Positions 24,138 to 33,676 of a DNA stretch of 64,000 nt are shown piece by piece. The number at the start of each line of letters is the position of its first letter. The first letter of the stretch is position 1. A program made the translations under genes and the position numbers. This DNA comes from an uncultured Bacillota bacterium (GTDB lineage Bacteria > Bacillota > DTU025 > MWDF01), in NCBI GenBank assembly GCA_963823655.1, contig CAWGMK010000006.1:333382-397381 (forward strand). The letters run 5' to 3'. The notes under the pieces are model-generated. The model worked only from the letters and a program-made list of their open reading frames with translations. It did no database searches and was not told the DNA's origin.

Positions 24138-24337
24138 GGCTGCTCCTTTTCTGCTTCCATTATGAATATGTTATAGCGGAATTGTATAAGAAGCACAACT
24201 GTTTTGCCTTTTACAGGGTTAATAGAGTAACGCGAGTTGTTTTGATTTGATAACCCTTGCTTTTCCCTTTTTATATCTGCCACTTATAATAACGGACATT
24301 TCCTAAAGATTTCATTTGATCGATACTGTTCGATTGT

Positions 24338-24367
24338 TTGACAATAGAACAAAAGCGACCGTAAAAT
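24338..24367 (+). promoter_or_regulatory. sigma70 promoter of the DeoR gene, overlapped by a TGTTC...GAACA inverted repeat
   Basis: TTGACA-18 bp-TAAAAT; TGTTC (24327) and GAACA (24347) flank the -35 box. Confidence 0.55.
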
Positions 24368-24408
24368 AATGATTGATCAGGTCACAATTCCTTTTCTCGG
24401 GGAAAACT

Positions 24409-25103
24409 GTGAATACCGACTTCAAAGACGAACGTTGGATTTCCATACAGCGCTACATTGAAGCAAATAATGGGGCTAAGGTGACCGACTTAGCGCGCGA
24501 ACTTCAACATGTCGGAGATGACCATCCGGCGCGACCTCAATGAGTTGTATAAACGCGGATCGCTCCAGCGCACACACGGCGGCGCTCTACCGATGGGGCT
24601 GCCCCACAAGGCATTTCAACCGAACATGTTCGATCGCCTGACGGAGCACCTGGAAGAAAAACAACGGATTGCCTCCGCCGTGGTAAAAATGATCGGCCCG
24701 CGTTAATCCATTTTCCTATCATCAGGGACAACCAGTTATTGGGTCGCAAAAGCGCTAATCGAGCGAGACGATTTGACGGTAATCGTCAATTCGCTGGTGA
24801 ATGCGTATATCCTGGCTCAATCCCAGCGTATGGAAGTGATGGTGGTGGGCGGTTTCTTGCGGCGTGGAGAGATGTCTCTGATGGGCCATCTGGTAGAAGA
24901 AACCGTAAAAGATATGCGGGTCGATAAGGTCATCATGGGAATTCGGGGAATTCACCCAGAATATGGTTAAACCAGCGACAACCTGCAAGAACTCAGAAAT
25001 GACCGGGCAATGATCGGTATGTCCAGCAATGTGATCGTCGTTGCCGACCATACGAAATTTGGATATGTAGCCGCCAGCCGGACAGCACCCGTTACTGCAG
25101 CCA
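24409..25103 (+). CDS. DeoR/GlpR family regulator, frameshifted and 3' truncated at a junction
   Basis: SEMTIRRDL HTH, RTHGGA, EEKQRIA, VVADHTKFG. Confidence 0.88.
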
Positions 25104-25465
25104 GCCCAGGTCAGGACCACGCGGCGCGAGTAGAATCCAGAAAGCTTGGCTACGTAGGCGATCGCGAGCAGCGCAACGAGCAGCACGGCCCAGCGCGAGA
25201 AAACCCCGACGACGAGTGGGAGGTGGTTGGAACCCATGGGCTGTTTCTCGTCGCGCGCTGCAGGCGGCAACAGCAGCATCAGCACCGTGACCAGCACGGC
25301 CATCGCGTTGAAGTATTGCTCGAGATGCGCGTCGAACGCGAAGACCAGAAAGTACAGCAGGCTAACGGCGAAGAACGTAGGCACGACGGTCTGTGCCAGG
25401 GCAACGAGCCCGATCGAGAGCCCATTCCTGGCAATGACATGACCGGACATCGTGATTGGAGCCAT
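25104..25465 (-). CDS. Probable priming undecaprenyl-phosphate sugar phosphotransferase (WcaJ/EpsB-like), N-terminal membrane part only
   Basis: TM helices ending W..LL..AY..K.S..YSRRVVLTWA typical of WcaJ N-termini; cut at the junction. Confidence 0.65.
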
Positions 25466-25675
25466 CGGGATTCCTTTCCCTTGAATGGCTCCTTTTTAGT
25501 ATGTGCATCCCGCTGCACACGCAGTCGAACCGGCGCAGCTACGTGCGACGATTGATGGGATGGACGACAGCGTTGACTCACAGGCCGGAGAAAAAGCCGA
25601 CACGCAGCGCGACGGACAGGACGACCGTGCGCTGCGCTCGTTGCGTGCCGTTCAGTGCGGACGGCGCGGATTACC

Positions 25676-26740
25676 TCAGTTATTGAACGTGGGGTTGTTC
25701 GCAACCACTGGCAGCGCGTCGGTCCAGTCGTACGAGTTCCACTGCGACGGGATCGTCACGCGCACCCAGAACATGTAGTCGACATGCAACCGATCTCGCG
25801 CGTAACGGAAGAGTTCCGGCATCGTCCAGTACTTTGTCGGGTAACAGCACGTCGTATGCGGCGCGGCGTAACATTCGCCTTCGACTTGCCCGAACAGTGG
25901 CATCTTGTAGCGGAACTGGTCGTAGAACGGGTACACCATGTTGACCAGTGTCTTGTCGTCGGGCAGCACGTCCGGGCCGCCCATGACCACACCCTTGCCG
26001 GCGACGGCGTTAGCGATCACGCCGATGTAGGATTGATTGCGAGGCAGGTAGTTCATGAACCAGAACACCCGCGAGGTCGGCATGCTCGTGCCGGCGGCGC
26101 TCAGCACGTTGATGTAGTAGTCGCGGTATTTTTCCGGCGTGTAGCCATGCGCGTCGAGCTGCCACTGGGCCAGGGTCAATGCCGTCTCCTGGGTAGCTAT
26201 TCCCTCGAAGTTCCAGGCGCCGTCGAAACGGCCGAGCGACGTCACCAGTGCTTTCATCCGCTGCGCCACGAAAGGATCCCAACGAGCCGTGGTGTAGCCG
26301 CCGCGCGTATTGCGCAGGCTGAACTTGTCGAGATAGGCCGGCGTGTAGCGGACGCTTTTGAACGACTTATCCTCGATCATCACGATCAGGCGCATGCCGT
26401 AGGCGGCGGTCCATGCGAGGTCCGAGCGGATCTCGGAAAAGTCGTAGTTTCCATACGACGGCTCGAGGTCGCGCCACTTGTAGCGTTTCATGAACCCTTT
26501 GACGCCAGGTTTGAGCGAAGCGGCCATGTACGCCTGGCTCCCGTATTCCGACAGCAGCGCAATGTACTGTCCCGGGTTGTATTTTCGTGTGGCCGTCGTC
26601 GTAGCCGTTGTCGTCGCTGAAGTCGTCGTTTCCACTGTCGGTGGATCGCTGGAAGTCTGAGCGCTTGGGGCAGCGCTGAAAGCAAGCATGGCGGTGCAGG
26701 TAAGGGTCGACAGCAGGTTTCGAGACTTCAAAAAAAACAT
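25676..26740 (-). CDS. Secreted TIM-barrel glycoside-hydrolase-like protein, paralog P1
   Basis: Signal peptide, Thr-rich linker, KYNPGQY, RYKWRDLEPSYGNYDFS, EGIATQETA, MGGPDVLP. Confidence 0.75.
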   Translation of the reverse strand: MFFLKSRNLLSTLTCTAMLAFSAAPSAQTSSDPPTVETTTSATTTATTTATRKYNPGQYIALLSEYGSQAYMAASLKPGVKGFMKRYKWRDLEPSYGNYDFSEIRSDLAWTAAYGMRLIVMIEDKSFKSVRYTPAYLDKFSLRNTRGGYTTARWDPFVAQRMKALVTSLGRFDGAWNFEGIATQETALTLAQWQLDAHGYTPEKYRDYYINVLSAAGTSMPTSRVFWFMNYLPRNQSYIGVIANAVAGKGVVMGGPDVLPDDKTLVNMVYPFYDQFRYKMPLFGQVEGECYAAPHTTCCYPTKYWTMPELFRYARDRLHVDYMFWVRVTIPSQWNSYDWTDALPVVANNPTFNN

Positions 26741-26918
26741 CAGCACTCTCCTGGTCGCGATTGCGACGGATGATTGAGTCAAGGAACAGTGGTGGGCACG
26801 CCGGAAGGGAAACTGGCCGGAATCGGCGGGTCGGTCGTGCGGGGGCAAGCTTACTAAATCGAAGCCGCTTCGCTTCGATAAGTATTTGCCGAGAGTTGCG
26901 CTCGACTGACGGCGCGGC

Positions 26919-26957
26919 AAAAAAAAGGCCGCCGGACACACGGGGTGTCCGACGGCC
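26919..26957 (-). terminator. Rho-independent terminator after P2
   Basis: GGCCGTCGGACAC-loop-GTGTCCGGCGGCC followed by T8 on the minus strand. Confidence 0.85.
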
Positions 26958-26993
26958 GCGAGGCGCCTCTCTGGGCGCTGGCTTGTCAGCCCG

Positions 26994-28382
26994 TCAATTA
27001 AAAGTCGGATTGGCGGCGATGACCGGGAGCGCGTCGTACCAGGTGTAGGCGTCGCTCGGCGTCGGGACGGGTATCCGCACCCAGATCATGTAATTGACAT
27101 GCAGGTCGTCACGGGCGAAGCGGAACGACTCGGCGGGAGTCCAGTACTTGGTCGAGTAGCCGGGCGTCGCGTGCAGGTGGCGATAGCAGATGTCCTCGAC
27201 CTGGCCGAACAGCGGCAGTTTGCCCTGGAACTGGTCATAGAACGGGTACGTCATCGAGAGCAGGGTGTGCTCGTCGGGCAACACGTCCGGGCCACCCATG
27301 ACGACGCCCTTGCCGATCATTGCCGTCGCGATCGTGCCAATGTACGCCTGGTTACGCGGGAAGAAGTTCATGAACCAGAATATCCGCGACGTGGGGAAAC
27401 TGGTGCTGGCTGTGTTCAATACGCTGAGGTACGAATCGCGATACTTTTCTGGTGTGTAGCCCGTGGCGTCGAGCGTCGTGGACGCCAGGCTGGGTGCGGT
27501 TTCCTGCAGGGCGATGCCTTCGAGCCACGGATTCGCGTCGAAACGACTGCCCATGGCCTGCAGCAGCAAGTTGAAGCGGGAGACGACGTAAGGGTTCCAG
27601 CGCAACATCGTGTAGCCACCGCCCTTGTTGGCGACCGTGTAGGCGTCAAGGTACGTCGGGTTCGGCCGTTCGAGCATGAACGTCTTGTCCTCGACCATCG
27701 CGATCATGCGCATGCCGCGTGACTGCGCCCACTGCAGGTCGGACTGCAATTCACTGAAGTCATAGTTGCCGGGAGTGGGTTCGAGCTGGCGCCACGTGTA
27801 GCGCTTCATGATGCCCTTGATGCCGGGCTGGATGACGGTTTCCATGTACGCCTGCGACGCACCCTTGCGCAGCATGCTGGCGTAGTGCCCTGGGTGGTAC
27901 TTGCGTGGGCTCGTGACCGGCACGGGGGTGGTCGTCGTGCCGCAGGCATTGGTTCCGACCAATGCGACGGGCGAGCTGATGGCCGTCGCGCCCGCAAGGG
28001 TCGTGCCCCGGTACATCTTGACGTTGGTGCTGCCGGTGTCGCGCAGGCACAGGGTGGCGTTCGCGGGCACCGTGAAAGTGACGGCGTCGGCACCGCCCGA
28101 ATATGCGTTGAGCGACAAGGCGACCTGCGTCGAAGTCGCCAGCCGCGCCGCGTCTTCCGGTTCGAGCGCGACGGCAGTCAGCGTGTAAAAGGGGACGCTC
28201 GACTGGATCACTGCGCTCAGGCGTGACGGCTGCGTGCCACCCGTCAGCTGAACCTGCCATTTTTCGGTGGTAAGGCGGGTGACGAGCATGGATCCCGTCG
28301 TGGTGGTCGTGGCCGCGTGAACGACGGGCGTGATAGTCGAAGCAAGCAATAGCGTGGCGAAAGCCTTGAGTGCAAAGCGCAT
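26994..28382 (-). CDS. Secreted glycoside-hydrolase-like protein, paralog P2, with extra N-terminal beta-rich domain
   Basis: Signal peptide MRFALKAF..HA; KYHPGHY, RYTWRQLEPTPGNYDFS, EGIALQETA; very similar to P1. Confidence 0.78.
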   Translation of the reverse strand: MRFALKAFATLLLASTITPVVHAATTTTTGSMLVTRLTTEKWQVQLTGGTQPSRLSAVIQSSVPFYTLTAVALEPEDAARLATSTQVALSLNAYSGGADAVTFTVPANATLCLRDTGSTNVKMYRGTTLAGATAISSPVALVGTNACGTTTTPVPVTSPRKYHPGHYASMLRKGASQAYMETVIQPGIKGIMKRYTWRQLEPTPGNYDFSELQSDLQWAQSRGMRMIAMVEDKTFMLERPNPTYLDAYTVANKGGGYTMLRWNPYVVSRFNLLLQAMGSRFDANPWLEGIALQETAPSLASTTLDATGYTPEKYRDSYLSVLNTASTSFPTSRIFWFMNFFPRNQAYIGTIATAMIGKGVVMGGPDVLPDEHTLLSMTYPFYDQFQGKLPLFGQVEDICYRHLHATPGYSTKYWTPAESFRFARDDLHVNYMIWVRIPVPTPSDAYTWYDALPVIAANPTFN

Positions 28383-28576
28383 TGGATGCCTTCCTCGAAA
28401 TTGGATCGTCGAACCTGGCGATGACCCCACGTCTTCGCCAGCTAGTGAGTGAGGCAACGTTCACAGCGAAGCGAGCGTTGCGACGAGTTGGCATCCATGC
28501 CGACCGCAGTCATCCTTGCATCGGACGACGCGGAATATTTCGAAACTGAGCCGAATCGGATTCATGCGCGCGACGC

Positions 28577-29856
28577 TCAGGGCGCGTCGCCACCGTTGCT
28601 GCATTGCTCATACCAACCGCGACCGTAGGGATGAGCAGCAATCACCGCGAGTGCGTCGAGCCAGTTGAGGCCGGTCGAACTGCGCCCGAGACGATGAGTC
28701 CAGAAGACGTAGGAGTTGACGCAGACGCCACTCGTACGCGGCGTCGCTTCCATGAAATCGCCAAACGTGCCTCCGACAGCGAAATTGAAGATGCATTCCA
28801 GGTCGCAGTTGGCTGCGTCGTATGAATCGGCTTGCGCGCTGTTGGCGCGGCAACCGTCGTGACGCGCGAGTACCTCGTAGATGCCCGCGCTGTTGTCGTA
28901 GAGCGTTCTGGCATCGGGCAGCAGGTCCGGTCCCGAGAGACACGCGCGATTGTCAGGAATCGCGGAGATAGCTGCGGACACGTCGTACAGGTAGGCCTGT
29001 CCATTGCGCAGGAAGTTGAGAAAGGCCATGCAACGGCTCTGCGCGAACGATTCGCTGCACCCCTGCACCAGGCCGATCAACGCATCGCGCCAGGCGGTGG
29101 CGGTGTACGTGCCGCCGTCCGCGACGTCCTGGGTGTACGCGCCGCTGAACCCCAGTGCGGACTCCTGCAGCACCACGCCTTCCACGCGCGGGTTGGCGTC
29201 GTAGCGCGCGGCGGCTGCCCTGAGCATCGCGAGGTAGGCGTCGCGTACCACGGGCTCCCACATGAAGCATGTGGCCGCGTTCCCGCCGGAGGAGTTCGGG
29301 GCGGAATGGTCGTTCTGCAGGTAGACAGGGCACGGGTTTAACTGCGGGCTGCTCGAGAAACTCTTGAACTCGATGAACAGCCACAGTTGGCACGCAGGGT
29401 TATGCGACTTCGCCATGGCCTCGAGCGCGGCATCGAAGCCACTGAAGTCGTAGGTCCCGGCACTCGGCTCGACCTGGCGCCAGGTGCGCCGATAGACCAC
29501 ACCCTGTACGCCGGCCTGACCGCACAGCATCGCGAGGTCGGCGGGCGTGTCGACATAGTTCGCTGCGAAGTAATGGCCGTAGTTTGCTTTGCGAACCGGT
29601 TGCGGGGGCTCGGGCGTCGGCAAGGTGATGCGGCGCGCCGGAGACAGGTTCGGTGACGGGTTCGGTGCTTGGTGCGGCGGGCGGGCTCAGTTGGCGTCGC
29701 GGGCCCACTGGGCTTCGCTGGGTCGCCACTGGTGACCGGCGCCGGTGGGTCTGCCGCTGGGACCCGCGTTGCGCTTCCGGAGCCGCAGGCACTGACCGTA
29801 AGCAGCGCCAGCAACACCGCCCAGCAGTGCTGTCGACTCGAAAGTGGTGATTTCAC
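28577..29856 (-). CDS. Cys-rich lipoprotein, glycoside-hydrolase-like paralog P3 (frameshift in the Pro-rich linker)
   Basis: GGGGAG RBS 6 nt before GTG; lipobox LTVSAC; KANYGHY, RRTWRQVEPSAGTYDFS, EGVVLQESA, SGPDLLP; 12 Cys in the barrel region. Confidence 0.72.
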
Positions 29857-29969
29857 GACGCGCTCCCCGGCCCGTGGCATGACACCGGGGGTGCAGGTAA
29901 CAGCAGCGCGATTGCCGGTCTGCCGCGGCACGACGAAGGCCCGGGCAGTCATGTTCAACGAGGTGCTTG

Positions 29970-30065
29970 GCACCCCGGCAACCCCGCTGTCGTAGGCCTG
30001 CTGGGCCCTTAGACCGGTGGCTTTGCGTCTCCACCTTTCGGTGGATTTGCCCTTAGCTACGGTGC
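29970..30065 (-). ncRNA. Cyclic di-GMP-I (GEMM-I) riboswitch
   Basis: Minus strand AGGGCAAA-TCCACC-GAAA-GGTGGA-GACGCAAAGC-CACCGGTCTAA...GACAGCGGGGTTGCC matches the GEMM-I consensus including GNRA loop and receptor; P1 GCACC/GGTGC. Confidence 0.92.
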
Positions 30066-30166
30066 GTAGTGTTCGCGGAGCGCCGGCTAGCGTCAACGCG
30101 CAGTGGCCAAAACAGCCAAGCGGACAGTGGCGCAGATGGCGCCGGATTGGAGGCGTTGCTACACGG

Positions 30167-31391
30167 TCAGAACCGGGCCGTGACTTGCAACTGGAAGCGG
30201 CCGAAATCGTAATCCTGCAGGGCACGGTTCGAACACCGGCTCTGCATGTCGCCGCCGACAGTGACCGTGACGTTGCGGCGCGCGTTCCAGTCGAGGAACA
30301 CGCCGCCGGACGCCAGCTCGTCCTTGCGGTCCGTGACCTGCTCGGTCGCCTGGAAGTCCCGTTGTTCGTACGCGGCACGAACGCGCAGGTCGAGCGCTCC
30401 GGAGAGCTGCCATTCCGGCTCGATGCTCACGCCGGTGACGAGTGCATATTCCGCCGTTTCGTCACCGAGGTTCGTGATGTCGCGGTAGACGCGTGCAGTG
30501 ACTTTCCGGCCCGCGTCGTTATTGAACTTCAGGGCCACTTCGCCCGTCACGTCGTCGTAATCGGCGCGGAGTCTCGACAGGTTGTCGCGCTTGGTGTAGC
30601 CGATGCGGCCCTCGACCTGCGTGCGATCAGTCGGGCGCCAGTCCAGCGTCGGACCGACGGTCACCTCGTCGAAATCAGCGTTGGGGTTGATGTCGTAGCG
30701 ACCTTGCACGAGCTCCGCGTCTAAGCCGATGACGCTGCCCGCCGTCGATGCGTAACCCACGTTGATTGCGGCCACTGCCCGCTGCAGGTCAAGCCGCTCC
30801 GAGGGATCGAATGCGATGTCCGCAAAGGCGCCGCGCACACCGAGGCGCCACGATCCCGGCAAGTCGAAGTTTGCTTCTGCCATCCACCCTGTGCTCCGTG
30901 CGCAAGTCCTTCACTCGCTCGAGGCCCGATTGATTGGCGAAGTCGCGCAGCGTGCGGCTGAAATGGTATCCGAGGGTGCCCGTCGTGCCCCCGCTGGTGG
31001 CCCAGTTCCACAAGGCGGCCGCACGACCGCCGGTGTAGTCGAGCTCGTCGTGGGCCTCGAACAGCGTGTGATTGACCTGCGCTCCCAATTCATAGCGCTG
31101 CAACCCGGAGGAGATTTCGGACTCGATGCCGGCGGCCAGCGTCAGCAGGTTGTCGGCGCGATCACCGATGTCCGGAGCATCGTCTGCGAGTCGGTAGATG
31201 TTCGAGTCGTACGTGTATCGGGCGGACACATAGGGCGTGAACGCATCGATTTCGATGTTGGTCGGTTCGTTCGGCAAGACTTGTCCTGCCGCGATGCCCG
31301 TGAAGCAGGCCGCGACCGCAGCGGCCAGCAGTCGGCTGCGCTTGGGCGAGGCAGGCCGCGTGCGCTTCGAGTCGATGATCGTGTGGCTCAC
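30167..31391 (-). CDS. EPS-associated outer-membrane beta-barrel (EpsL-like), one frameshift near 30885
   Basis: Signal peptide, YTYDSNIYRL, amphipathic beta strands, C-terminal QLQVTARF. Confidence 0.8.
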
Positions 31392-31701
31392 CGGGGTCCC
31401 TCCCGTAATGCGTCAACGCAGTCTGCGAATGCCATGGGCTGTCAGCGCTGCGCGACTGACCGCCGGGATAGTCAGCAAAGCGCAACGGGCAATCAAGTCG
31501 GCCGATTCCGACTTCGAAGTGGGCCCAACGGACGGGTGGATGCTCAATGTCCGCTGCGCTCGGAAACCGCTGACAGACAGCTTTCTACGGCGCTGACACG
31601 ACCTCGCGTTGGAGTGGTGGCAATTGTGGTGGCTCACGGCTGCGACACGAACGTTCGGCTCGCTATCGTGCATGACGGAAATATCTTGCGTGGGAGCGGG
31701 C

Positions 31702-32778
31702 ATGCCCGGTGTGTTTCAGTTCATCGTTCTGTCACTGCTGCTGGGGGCAAGCGCCCCGGGCATGGCGCGCGACGCTCGCCCGTCGGTACCGTGTGCGCGA
31801 CCCGCCGGCGCGGTGACCGAAGCGGCCCGCAAGTTCAACGCCGGCCATTACGTGGCCGTCGGCCGCGCCGAGACGCCGAGTCTCAAGGCGGCGGCCAGGA
31901 CCCCAGGCATCGATGGCGTGCAGCGGCGCTACCGTTGGGCTCAACTCGAGCCGTCGCCGGGTGTCTACGACTTCGCGGCCATCAGTCGCGACCTGGAGGT
32001 GATGGCCAGTGCGGGAGTGCAGCTGGTCGCGATGATCGAGGACAAGACCTTCGATGGCACGATTCCCACGCCCGCCGACCTGCACGATGACGCGCAGACG
32101 CTGCAGGGACCGCGCGGGTATGTTGCTACCCGCTGGGATCCGGTGGTCGTTGACCGTCTCGCGCGCCTGGTTAGCGCGCTCGGCGAGCAGTTCGACTGTC
32201 ATCCGAACTTCGAGGGGGTGGCGTTCCAGGAAAGCGCGTTGAGCCTCGATCCCGCGACCCTGCGAGAGGCCGGATACACGCCGGAGAAGTATCGCGACGC
32301 ACTGATCAGGCTGCTGCGCGCAGCCGACGCGAGCCTGCCGCGCTCGCGCGTGTTCTGGTACATGAATTTCCTGCCAGGCAATCAAGGCTATCTCGACGAC
32401 ATTGCCGCGGCCGTGCTTGGCACCGGCGTGGTCATGGGCGGCCCGGACATCCTGCCCGAGAATTCGGCGCTCGCGAGTCGCACCTATCCAATTTACGAAC
32501 GCTTCCGGGGCCGGCTGAAGCTGTTCGGGTCGATGCAGCACGACAGCTATCGGCATCCGCGCGGAGCCCAGAAACTGGCAGCAGGCTTCGGACAGCCCGA
32601 ACTGTGGTCGATGGAAGAGCTGTTTCTCTTCGCGCGCGACGAACTGCACGTCGATTACGTCTTCTGGGAATTCCGTTCCCGGCGGAAGCCTGCGGATTCT
32701 CGCGATTGGAACGAAGCGCGCGACGTCATCGTGCGCTATCCCGGGGTTCGCGCCGCGCAGCCCGGCGAGCGCTCTTGA
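31702..32778 (+). CDS. Secreted glycoside-hydrolase-like protein, paralog P4
   Basis: Signal peptide; KFNAGHY, RYRWAQLEPSPGVYDF, MIEDKTF, EGVAFQESA, YTPEKYRD, MGGPDILP. Confidence 0.78.
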   Translation: MPGVFQFIVLSLLLGASAPGMARDARPSVPCARPAGAVTEAARKFNAGHYVAVGRAETPSLKAAARTPGIDGVQRRYRWAQLEPSPGVYDFAAISRDLEVMASAGVQLVAMIEDKTFDGTIPTPADLHDDAQTLQGPRGYVATRWDPVVVDRLARLVSALGEQFDCHPNFEGVAFQESALSLDPATLREAGYTPEKYRDALIRLLRAADASLPRSRVFWYMNFLPGNQGYLDDIAAAVLGTGVVMGGPDILPENSALASRTYPIYERFRGRLKLFGSMQHDSYRHPRGAQKLAAGFGQPELWSMEELFLFARDELHVDYVFWEFRSRRKPADSRDWNEARDVIVRYPGVRAAQPGERS

Positions 32779-32804
32779 CGCGCAACGACAAGGAGCAAGC
32801 AAAG

Positions 32805-33641
32805 GTGATAAAGCGCAACGACACGATGTGGGTGTGGACTTTGGGTCTGGCTCTGACGCTGTTCGCAGCGCTCGGGGCGCGCGACGCGTACGCGCAGGCC
32901 TCGGCGACGATCGAGCCCGGGGATGTCCTGAAGATATCTGTCTATGGCAATCCCGACCTGACCACGGTGACGCGAGTGTTGCCGAACGGCACGGTCACGT
33001 TTCCGCTGATCGGGCAGGTCAAGGTGGGCGGCCAGGCGCCCGTTGATGCGGAGCGGCGCATCGCAGACCGCCTGAGCAACGGCGGCTTCGTGCGTAACGC
33101 GGCAGTCAGCATTTTCGTACAGGAGCGCAGCACGAAGCCGATGAGCAGCGTGACGTTGCTTGGGCAGGTGCTGCGGTCGGGAACCTATTCGCTCGATCAG
33201 GAGTCCCCAGAATCGGTGACGACGTTGATTGCGCTGCTCGCACAGGCCGGCGGCGTGACCGACCGTGCGGCGGACCACTGCTACCTGATCCGCAAGGAAG
33301 GCGGCCAGGCGCGCAGGATCAACGTGGATCTTGCGAACCTGCTCCGCTATGGCGACGTCAAGGCGGACGTGCCGCTCATCAACGGCGACATCGTGCTGGT
33401 GCCGGAGACGGACGTCTTCTACATCTATGGCGAGGTGCAGCGTCCGGGCCGTTACCGCCTCGAGCGCGACATGACGGTGATGCACGCGGTGTCGGTGGCA
33501 AGTGGGATCACGCCCCGGGGCAACCTGAAGGGCATCGTCCTGAGCCGGCCGCAGACGGGTCGCATGGTCGCGAAGGATTCGTTCCTCGAGGACAAGCTGC
33601 TGCCGAACGATGTCGTGTTCGTCAAGACGGCCGTTTTCTAA
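32805..33641 (+). CDS. Polysaccharide export protein (EpsE/Wza-like, SLBB domains)
   Basis: PGDVLKISVYGNPDLT..GTVTFPLIG, GEVQRPGRY. Confidence 0.88.
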   Translation: MIKRNDTMWVWTLGLALTLFAALGARDAYAQASATIEPGDVLKISVYGNPDLTTVTRVLPNGTVTFPLIGQVKVGGQAPVDAERRIADRLSNGGFVRNAAVSIFVQERSTKPMSSVTLLGQVLRSGTYSLDQESPESVTTLIALLAQAGGVTDRAADHCYLIRKEGGQARRINVDLANLLRYGDVKADVPLINGDIVLVPETDVFYIYGEVQRPGRYRLERDMTVMHAVSVASGITPRGNLKGIVLSRPQTGRMVAKDSFLEDKLLPNDVVFVKTAVF

Positions 33642-33676
33642 AGGCTGCCCGAGACATCATTCAAGGAAGAGAACAC

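Noticed and set aside
24755-25465. 236-aa ORF joining a WcaJ-like N-terminus to novel sequence (likewise the tail of ORF 2621-3103)
   Set aside because: The C-terminal part is the antisense of the DeoR gene across the junction; artefact
29970-30065. Riboswitch as the cGAMP-sensing GEMM-Ib variant
   Set aside because: The discriminating position appears to be G (AGGGCAAA), matching c-di-GMP-selective aptamers
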